Positions 56,859 to 64,000 of a stretch of 64,000 bases of DNA are shown here, piece by piece (position 1 is the stretch's first letter; each line of letters starts with the position of its first letter). A program made the position numbers and the translations under genes. The stretch is from a virus (lineage: Duplodnaviria > Caudoviricetes): the IMG/VR virus record IMGVR_UViG_3300048854_000081, positions 32,001-96,000 of that record, one strand, 5' to 3'. Under the pieces are notes generated by a model. The model made no database searches, had not been told where the DNA came from, and was given only the letters and a program-made list of their open reading frames with translations.

Positions 56859-58682
56859 TTATTCCATCATATACTTTTTACGCAGATTTGCATCCTTACC
56901 ATACATCATATTGAAAAGTTCAACGTCGTCGATGACAATCGTTTCATAGTAAGGATCGCTGATGATATCCTTATATTCTTCAATACGCAAAGAACCCAGT
57001 CCTTTGATGTATGCAAGCTCGTATCCGCTGGTTGAACCCTTGAAAGCATCCAATTCAGTCTTATCATAGAAATAATGACGTTGCTTCTTGCTTCTCAGGA
57101 TGTAACGAGGCGAGTTCAGAATCTTAACTCTACCATGTTCAAACAATTCCGGCCAGTTGTAGAAGAAATTGATCAATAGGCAGCGGATCGAAAATCCATC
57201 CACGTCTTGGTCAGTGGTGATAGCAATCGTACCATAATTCAAGGTCTTTGCTGGTTTACCCAGTTCAAGACCTAGCACCACCATCAATTCGCTTAGAGCA
57301 CCACTGGAAAGGATTTCCTTGTTCGATTTGTCGAATGTGTTAAGAATCTTACCACGAAGTGGAATAGCACCCTGCGTTTCCGAATTTCTAACTGAGACGA
57401 ACTGTCCGATAGCCGAGTCACCTTCCGTAATGAAGAGTGTCTTCTTCTCAAAGATGGAAGAGGTAGCAGGGATATGCTTGGCTACTTTCTTTTTCTTTAG
57501 GTTATTATTCTTCTTACGTTCTTCGGCAAGGTCTGCTGCACGTTGCTTGGCAAGCTGTGTCTCAATGATTGGCATCAAGATCGCTTCATTCTTTAGAATT
57601 TGCTTAGCAATATTCTCATAGTCAACATGGGACAGATGTTCAGCCACCTCTTGTGAGGTATTGGTCAAACGCTCCTTGGTCTGAGAATCGAACTTCATAT
57701 TCTTAAAATTACGGATAACCGAAACCAACTGAATATGAGACTTGATCTGCGCTGGCATGATATCGAACTTATGCTTCTTCTTGATACCTTCGCGCAGCGT
57801 AGCGACCACACCATTCATAATGTAATCAATATGCGAGCCACCTGAGTACAGAGTCAGGCCATTGACCACAGAATGATAACGTAATTCAGCTTCAGGTGAT
57901 GGCATGAAGCCTAGAATGACATTCTCATCACTATAAACGATAGCATTCTCACCAAATTTGGATACATAAGCCTTCGGTGTACCCATCTTGATAGGCGTAC
58001 CGTTGAACTTAAATGTAATATTAGGATAAGCAACCGCGAGACCGACAATACGGTCTTCGATGAGCTTTATCATGGTTTCATCAAACTTTTCCAGTGAAAA
58101 ACGCTGGAAATCAGGCTGAATAGTGACTTTCGTGTACTTTTTAGTCGATTTTGTGACCTTTACAGACACAATCTTAGCATTGTCTACGCATTCAACAACG
58201 AACTTTTGGGAACCATCGGAGGTTTCACCGTGGAACTTCTTACTAAAAATGTTGGATAGTGCGGAGCCCACACCATTCATACCAGCCGTGACGCGATTAG
58301 CATCATCGTTAAAGTTGGAACCAGCCTTGGTCTTGCACCAAGCCGCCTGCGGACGATAGATATCGGAACCATCTACATCCTTGACCTTATCGACGGGAAT
58401 ACCACGTCCATTGTCTAGAACGGTAAAGGTGGTGTCTGTGACATCGATGTCGATCTTGTCAGCGAACTTCCCTTGGGTTCGTGTGTATTCGTCTACGGAA
58501 TTGTCAATTAGCTCATTGACGATCTTGAATAGACCGGGATTGTAATGGACAGAAGCATAATTGTAGTTAAGGAATAATTCCTTCTTCTCAATCGATGTCG
58601 ATCCAATGTAGATAGCTGGTCTAAGTAATACGTGCGAAATATCGTCTAATATTTTGAAATCTTTTTGTTCTTCTTTTTTCAT
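56859..58682 (-). CDS. gp39: DNA topoisomerase II large subunit, fused gp39+gp60 (GyrB/ParE-type)
   Basis: ELIDNSVDE, DNGRGIP, GMNGVGS, EGDSA, PLRGK, DQDVDG, KGLGS. Confidence 0.95.
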   Translation of the reverse strand: MKKEEQKDFKILDDISHVLLRPAIYIGSTSIEKKELFLNYNYASVHYNPGLFKIVNELIDNSVDEYTRTQGKFADKIDIDVTDTTFTVLDNGRGIPVDKVKDVDGSDIYRPQAAWCKTKAGSNFNDDANRVTAGMNGVGSALSNIFSKKFHGETSDGSQKFVVECVDNAKIVSVKVTKSTKKYTKVTIQPDFQRFSLEKFDETMIKLIEDRIVGLAVAYPNITFKFNGTPIKMGTPKAYVSKFGENAIVYSDENVILGFMPSPEAELRYHSVVNGLTLYSGGSHIDYIMNGVVATLREGIKKKHKFDIMPAQIKSHIQLVSVIRNFKNMKFDSQTKERLTNTSQEVAEHLSHVDYENIAKQILKNEAILMPIIETQLAKQRAADLAEERKKNNNLKKKKVAKHIPATSSIFEKKTLFITEGDSAIGQFVSVRNSETQGAIPLRGKILNTFDKSNKEILSSGALSELMVVLGLELGKPAKTLNYGTIAITTDQDVDGFSIRCLLINFFYNWPELFEHGRVKILNSPRYILRSKKQRHYFYDKTELDAFKGSTSGYELAYIKGLGSLRIEEYKDIISDPYYETIVIDDVELFNMMYGKDANLRKKYMME

Positions 58683-58789
58683 CTTATGTCTTCTAAAAAT
58701 TCTATTTATTAGTCAAATTGGAGCACTATAAAAGAAAAAATCTGGAACCTGTGAAGATTCCAGATTTTTTATGTCCAAATCCGCGAGAT

Positions 58790-59161
58790 TTAGTCGAACA
58801 GCTTGTTAACTAGTTCGCTGATGGCGATACGCTTACGGACACGGGTGCCCTTAACGGTCTTGCTTAGACGAACGTATGGCTGACCACCGATCATTTCCTG
58901 AGCAACGTAGTCGCCGTAGGTGTTTGAGTATACACGACCGTCAGCGGTAAGTGCATAGTTGTTAAAGCTAGGAATGGTCTTGTCGTTAGGAACCGAAGCC
59001 CAACGCTCACCAGCAACGATGTCGGAAACGTGACGACGGTCAATGCCGTAGATGTTGCCTAGAGCGGTTGAGGAAATACCATTTGCGTGGTGACGACGGA
59101 TATCGATTACGTCAGAGACGGTTAGCTTTTGTCTTGTTTGATTGCTCATATTTTTCTCCAA
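58790..59161 (-). CDS. DNA-binding protein: HTH plus NUMOD4-like segment
   Basis: KLTVSDVIDIR...STALGNIYGIDRRHVSDIVAGERW; IPSFNNYALTADGRVYS. Confidence 0.7.
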   Translation of the reverse strand: MEKNMSNQTRQKLTVSDVIDIRRHHANGISSTALGNIYGIDRRHVSDIVAGERWASVPNDKTIPSFNNYALTADGRVYSNTYGDYVAQEMIGGQPYVRLSKTVKGTRVRKRIAISELVNKLFD

Positions 59162-59204
59162 TTAGGTTATATATGTTTACGAACGTGCGGCTATTATCAC
59201 AAAA

Positions 59205-59591
59205 TTATTCAGGAGTGTCAACAGTTTTTTCAGGATTTACGGGACTTGTGTTAGAATTAGCCGTAGCGACCTGTACTGCGATAGACTGAATAGCGCGCTG
59301 GTAGTAAAGTTCGTTGTAGATACCCTGCAAGAGAGCCGTAGGCTTCTTAATGAAATATAGGAGGGTATCGATACTAGTCCTGAATAGGAGAGTGATAGCG
59401 AAGGCAGTCTGGAAGGACACTAGATTCGTATGGAAATCTTGCACAACGAATGTGTTCCATACAAAATAAATGAGTGCCGAATAGATAAGGGAATTGATTA
59501 TTACACTGAAGGCCACTTTCGACCAATATGTAATAACCCCCGTGATGATTGCAGTTTGTCTAACTTGGGTTTGTGACATGATAGTATCCAA
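59205..59591 (-). CDS. Membrane protein
   Basis: Two hydrophobic helices. Confidence 0.7.
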   Translation of the reverse strand: MDTIMSQTQVRQTAIITGVITYWSKVAFSVIINSLIYSALIYFVWNTFVVQDFHTNLVSFQTAFAITLLFRTSIDTLLYFIKKPTALLQGIYNELYYQRAIQSIAVQVATANSNTSPVNPEKTVDTPE

Positions 59592-59622
59592 TTTTAACGA
59601 ATACTATCATAGCTCTCATTTG

Positions 59623-59889
59623 TTAGCAAGCTTGAGTTTCAACTGATGTCTGCAACGCTAGAATGGCATCCTCTAACGATGTGTAAGCATTTGATTCATC
59701 TACCAAAAGTGTACCCGCATTACAATCTAGAAGCGCAATATATTTAATATCCGTAACGAATACGGTATCAGCCGAAGGGATGATCTTAATTTCTACTTGA
59801 ATGCAAGTACCTTTCTTGACAGAATTGTCATCCAAAATCCACATAGGATCGTTTGGTGTAAAATTGTAATCAACTGTGTAAGTGCCCAT
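59623..59889 (-). CDS. Hypothetical protein
   Basis: 88 aa; resembles the N-terminal domain of 61425..62927. Confidence 0.65.
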   Translation of the reverse strand: MGTYTVDYNFTPNDPMWILDDNSVKKGTCIQVEIKIIPSADTVFVTDIKYIALLDCNAGTLLVDESNAYTSLEDAILALQTSVETQAC

Positions 59890-59907
59890 AGACCGGTTTC
59901 CTGTATT

Positions 59908-60651
59908 TTATTTAAGGGATAAATCTTTATCATTCAGCTTGTTGCCAAAATCATAAAGTTTTTCCATATAACCATTGTTTCTTAACGTCTTAAATACAAG
60001 ATTCTCCAAAGAAAATTCTCCACCCTTAGAAATAGATGCCTGACGCATCTTCTTTATTTTGTCTTGTAGATTTTTAACGGTTGTTTCATTTGTATTTCCG
60101 TCATTAATGATGGCATCGATTTCATCCATCAATTTCTTCGCCTTGACTTTGATTTCTTTTTCATCATAGACAAGGTTCTCTTCTTTGGTCGGTTCTCTGA
60201 CCCATGTATCCTTTACTAAAGAATAGATACCTGCATTACCTGATGGTAACTCGGCTTTATCCTGTGCGTATACCTCAACATCATGGCCTTTAATTGTTAC
60301 ATCATGACCATCGTTCCATAAGGTTTTCTTGGCCTTAAAGCAATCATCTAGATCAAAATCTGATCCATCACCTTCACAATCATTACAAATCTTTGAATAA
60401 TCTAAAATTACATGTAAATCAACGTCGGACAATCTAGACCAATTATAGTTGGCATTTGACCCAGTAAGGATAACATCAACAACAGATTCCTTGGGAGCTT
60501 TTAAAGCCACTAGGAAAGAGTTGGCGATTTCTTTAAGAGCAGATTTGACATCATCTTTCATCTGCATACCATCCCATAGCTTAGGATTAAGCTTGTCGTG
60601 GTATTCTAGGTGTGTTTTCAATGCTTTAAGAGCAATTTCAGTAAGTAGCAT
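59908..60651 (-). CDS. Pol-beta-superfamily nucleotidyltransferase
   Basis: LTGSNANYNWSRLSDVDLH (GS...DxD), VEVYAQ. Confidence 0.85.
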   Translation of the reverse strand: MLLTEIALKALKTHLEYHDKLNPKLWDGMQMKDDVKSALKEIANSFLVALKAPKESVVDVILTGSNANYNWSRLSDVDLHVILDYSKICNDCEGDGSDFDLDDCFKAKKTLWNDGHDVTIKGHDVEVYAQDKAELPSGNAGIYSLVKDTWVREPTKEENLVYDEKEIKVKAKKLMDEIDAIINDGNTNETTVKNLQDKIKKMRQASISKGGEFSLENLVFKTLRNNGYMEKLYDFGNKLNDKDLSLK

Positions 60652-60676
60652 GTTTAGATGTCTTTTATGTGGTTAT

Positions 60677-61351
60677 TTATGCTAGAGGGTCACTAATGAC
60701 CGGCTGAACGCCATATTTTGTACGTCTATACATTACATTATTGGCATGTAAGTCGTTAGCAAATTTTAAGTTCTTGATCATGTCATGTATGACTTTGACA
60801 GCCTCAGAAAGATTTTCATCTGTAATGTTGCTGGTATCACCATATTCGATGGCTGAATGAATGTTCTGAACCCATGTCGAATGTAGAGAATAGGTTTCAC
60901 TATTATGATAGAAACGAATATTATCAGGTTCAGAAGAGGTTTCAATGATATCTTTAGCAACCATATCAGTAAATGTTCTTTCAATAAGAGTACTTACCTC
61001 TTCAGGTTCCAACTCCTTAGCACTAATCAATTTCTCAATAGTATACTTGTGAGATTGCTGACCGTTAGGATCACTAACAGTTTTAATGTTGTAAACTCGT
61101 GGGAAGTAGGGATTACCAGTTAATTTATGTTCAACAATGTATTCAACATAATCATTGAACGGATCATGATCTTCAAAATTATGATTATATTTCTTAATCA
61201 TATGTGGATCACGGTCTGGTCTGGCAACAGAAAAATGTCCCGATCCTATCTTGTTTCTAGGATCGGGAACCTTGTCACCATCGAGATTGCGATTTAAGGT
61301 CACATTCTGTCTGGTTGGAATAATATCTTCAAGTATCGTTTGAATTTTCAT
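60677..61351 (-). CDS. Protein kinase-like (PKL fold) protein
   Basis: IGSGHFS Gly loop, IKK, DLHANNVM catalytic loop, ISDP. Confidence 0.75.
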   Translation of the reverse strand: MKIQTILEDIIPTRQNVTLNRNLDGDKVPDPRNKIGSGHFSVARPDRDPHMIKKYNHNFEDHDPFNDYVEYIVEHKLTGNPYFPRVYNIKTVSDPNGQQSHKYTIEKLISAKELEPEEVSTLIERTFTDMVAKDIIETSSEPDNIRFYHNSETYSLHSTWVQNIHSAIEYGDTSNITDENLSEAVKVIHDMIKNLKFANDLHANNVMYRRTKYGVQPVISDPLA

Positions 61352-61424
61352 AATAGTAGGTCAACTTCCCAATATTTATGTATGTGAAGACCAAAACATA
61401 CTATTACGTTACTTACTTTTCACC

Positions 61425-62927
61425 TTAAATTGCTGGTGTTTGTGTGACTGTTACGGTTGGCGTCAATGTTACCGATGGTGTGATAGAAATTGTAGGCGAT
61501 ACTGTAGGTGTCACGGTTGCGGCTGGCGTGCCCGTAACTGCTGGTGTAAGTGTTGGATTTGGAGTAACCGAAATCGTTACGGTTACTGCTGGTGTACCTG
61601 TGTGCGTTGGTGTAATCGTCAATGTAGGCGATGCTGTAACTGTTGGAGTTGGTGATACCGACACGTTTGGCGACACTGTTACTGCTGGTGTTCCTGAAAT
61701 GGTCGGTGTCACTGTTGCGGTAGCTGTTGGAGTAACTGTTACAGGTGGTGTACCGCTTACTGCAACGCTACGAGTGACGGATGGAGTAACCGTTACGGCT
61801 GGTGTTCCACTTACGGTAGCGGTGTGCGTAGGAGTAACAGTGACAGCGGCAGAGTGAGTTACAGAAGGTGTGGTCGTCAACGTTGGGGTTGGGCTTGGCG
61901 AATGAGTTACAGAGGGTGTGGAGGAAGCGGCTAGCGTTCCTGTAACGGTTCTAGTGGCTGTTGGTGTAGGTGTTGGCTGGACTACCGATCCGGATTTGGA
62001 TGGAGTTACCGTAGGTGTAGGTGTTGGCGAGAATAGAACTTGAGTCTGCGATACAGAAATTGTACCTGTTGGTGTTGGAGAAGTAAGAACTTCGTGTGCA
62101 CCCACGCTCTTCAACGAAAGTTGGGATACTCTGAATTGCTTATTAATAGCTAAAGGTGTCTTAAACTGACTATCTTCAAACAATTCGACTCTAATCTTTA
62201 GGCTTTCGGCTGCTCCCGAATTGATCACACAATCCACGATACCAGTATCAAATACTAGAACGTTAAGTAGTTCATTGTTCGACCGACTTGGGTTGATCTG
62301 AGCATCACCAAATAGTTCAGTATTATCATAATAGATTGATATGACAGCATATCTACCAGACAATGCAATATAGTTTAGATAAAGCGAATAGTCAGTATTT
62401 GCATGAACGGTTGGTACAGTACCTTCAAAATAGGTTTCTGTATTGCCTGTACTGGTAAACGTAAAGGTTCCATGATCAGCAGTTACAGTGCCGCCAACTT
62501 GTGTTGTAGACATAGGCCACATCAAATTGTTACCAAGTAATTGATACTTGTTAGAAACCGTCATCGAAGGTGTGACAGTTGGGAATGGTGTACCTGTTAC
62601 AGGTGGAGTAGACGATGCGGTGATCGTTGGAGTAGGAGTCACGCTACGCTGTAAGAAAATTTCAGCATAGCTTTGTAATGCAAATACATTTGCAGCTAAG
62701 ACATTGATAGTTGATCCAGTCGTTAGCAGAACGTCATAAGACGTTATATTAGGAAATGTTCCGTGAGTTCCCGTGCATATACCATTAGATATGGTACGGG
62801 TTGATACATCAACCACCCAAATACTATCATCAATTTGATATGGTGTGTACCCGTGTATATTATTACGCATGATTAATATTCCGTTATTAATTGCATAATG
62901 TAAACAATAAAATATGAAACCCGTCAT
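61425..62927 (-). CDS. Thr/Pro/Val/Ser-rich repeat protein (probable virion surface protein)
   Basis: Long TPTxTxTPxV repeats around a beta-rich central domain. Confidence 0.8.
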   Translation of the reverse strand: MTGFIFYCLHYAINNGILIMRNNIHGYTPYQIDDSIWVVDVSTRTISNGICTGTHGTFPNITSYDVLLTTGSTINVLAANVFALQSYAEIFLQRSVTPTPTITASSTPPVTGTPFPTVTPSMTVSNKYQLLGNNLMWPMSTTQVGGTVTADHGTFTFTSTGNTETYFEGTVPTVHANTDYSLYLNYIALSGRYAVISIYYDNTELFGDAQINPSRSNNELLNVLVFDTGIVDCVINSGAAESLKIRVELFEDSQFKTPLAINKQFRVSQLSLKSVGAHEVLTSPTPTGTISVSQTQVLFSPTPTPTVTPSKSGSVVQPTPTPTATRTVTGTLAASSTPSVTHSPSPTPTLTTTPSVTHSAAVTVTPTHTATVSGTPAVTVTPSVTRSVAVSGTPPVTVTPTATATVTPTISGTPAVTVSPNVSVSPTPTVTASPTLTITPTHTGTPAVTVTISVTPNPTLTPAVTGTPAATVTPTVSPTISITPSVTLTPTVTVTQTPAI

Positions 62928-63064
62928 CCTTGACAGGAATCATAAACCTTGAAAACAGTATGCAGAAAAAGCCGCTGAGCGACCACTAAAACTATTTAGT
63001 CGGTGGGTCACTCAACAGCCCATAAATAATCTGTTTTAACGGAATTTATGTGATTCGTATCACA

Positions 63065-63736
63065 TTATAGGACAAACTCAATTTCAAGCTTGGTGTTCTC
63101 GATAACAGCCGCGATATTGGCTCGTGCCTTCTTCTCATACGTATTGTAAAAATAGGGGGTATTATAGATACGTTTCTTCTTCAAAAGTGTTTCAAGAAAC
63201 TTGACCCTGTTACCTAACATGACTTTGCGGCTATAACCGAGAACAGCATATTCTTTAAGAATCAGATCAGAGGTCTTGTATACTCGATCATACTCTTCAC
63301 CAAACCCAGCCATGTCAACATCTAACATAATTTGTGTGACAATGTGAGTGCTCTCCGGCCAATCTTTCAAATGATGCTCTGTTGCAAGAATAGCATTCTT
63401 AGCAATAGTCATGGTTTCAGATAGGATTATGTTGTTATGCACGATAAGTTCATCGTGATAAATCTCACTGAAGCTGGCCTGAAATAGGTCTACAGACTCT
63501 TTTTCATTCGATGTTGTAGCAAATGGGAATGGTGAATAGATTGCATCATGGAACCAAATTGCCCAAAGCAAGCCAAGATTATAGGATGGATGTGGCATTG
63601 CAGAAGGAACATTGGATTGATATTCGCTTAATTTTGAAAGCAAATAGTGGATGTGGTCTAGGTTGTGATAATGGCGACCGGGACTGTTGTACAATGGAAT
63701 CAACAGTTGAAGTGCTTTAGGTGAAATCATGTACAT
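63065..63736 (-). CDS. HD-domain metal-dependent phosphohydrolase
   Basis: RHYHNLDHI, AIWFHDAIY, NEKES, ILATEHH, LDVDM. Confidence 0.88.
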   Translation of the reverse strand: MYMISPKALQLLIPLYNSPGRHYHNLDHIHYLLSKLSEYQSNVPSAMPHPSYNLGLLWAIWFHDAIYSPFPFATTSNEKESVDLFQASFSEIYHDELIVHNNIILSETMTIAKNAILATEHHLKDWPESTHIVTQIMLDVDMAGFGEEYDRVYKTSDLILKEYAVLGYSRKVMLGNRVKFLETLLKKKRIYNTPYFYNTYEKKARANIAAVIENTKLEIEFVL

Positions 63737-63788
63737 AAAAATCCCTTGGTTTTAGGCCAAGGGATTCTACTACACATGAAGATTAGAA

Positions 63789-64000
63789 TCAATCTAAAGT
63801 AAAATTACCAAAATCATGATCGGTCAAATCGTTCTTCATACCACCGATGACATAGCTTGAAATTTCTGTTTCTTGTGGTGCAACCTGCATGTCACCAGAG
63901 GAAAGGTACTTTTCAGTCCATGAAAGAGGATTCTTGGTGGAATAGTTGGTCTTGAGACCGATATTCTTCATTCTCTTACCAGCAATGTATTCAACGTAAT
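63789..64000 (-). CDS. nrdB: Ribonucleotide reductase class Ia beta subunit, C-terminal end (runs off window)
   Basis: RMKNIGL...NPLSW...QVAPQETEISSYVIGG. Confidence 0.9.
   Translation of the reverse strand, partial: YVEYIAGKRMKNIGLKTNYSTKNPLSWTEKYLSSGDMQVAPQETEISSYVIGGMKNDLTDHDFGNFTLD

Noticed and set aside
55535-58682. Intein, intron or T4 gene 60-type translational bypass in the topoisomerase genes
   Set aside because: Both ORFs are continuous and of ordinary length; gp39 and gp60 motifs lie in one frame.
61440-61857. Plus-strand Val/Gly/Thr-rich and Cys/Trp-rich ORFs
   Set aside because: Antisense artefacts of the Thr/Pro repeat gene.
1-64000. Stop-codon reassignment, or prophage/integrative element
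   Set aside because: Conserved enzymes translate full length in the standard code with dense gene packing; no integrase, att-like junction or host genes were seen.

Overview
A 64-kb segment of a large, apparently lytic dsDNA phage with T4-type features. It encodes gp39(+60) and gp52 type II topoisomerase subunits, the class Ia RNR beta C-terminus, GMP reductase, Thg1 and Pth2-like proteins and tRNAs, and has TAAATA late-promoter-like sites. No integrase or host housekeeping context is visible. Layout: (i) 1-10.3 kb, leftward small accessory genes dominated by one expanded Cys/His paralog family; (ii) about 10.5-41 kb, a visibly more GC-rich, almost entirely rightward early/host-takeover region of one-gene-one-promoter cassettes, tRNAs and many non-coding structured RNAs; (iii) 41-64 kb, an AT-rich region with a 13-14 member tandem paralog array, an AAA+ ATPase, nucleotide/tRNA metabolism genes and topoisomerases. 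Best leads: (1) a TROVE/Ro60-like (DUF2828-type) vWA gene bracketed by four covarying stem RNAs sharing a GTTT(T)RGRATG-N4-CHGCAAC...CATYCYG scaffold, a candidate new RNP; (2) eleven dispersed promoter + GGATGGG elements that all point toward about 25-27 kb, where (3) a ~510-nt ORF-free, highly base-paired RNA gene sits; (4) the 41-47 kb array of diverged proteins sharing a C-terminal motif upstream of an AAA+ ATPase; (5) several aberrant tRNA-like RNAs. All calls come from reading the sequence by eye; no searches or folding programs were run.
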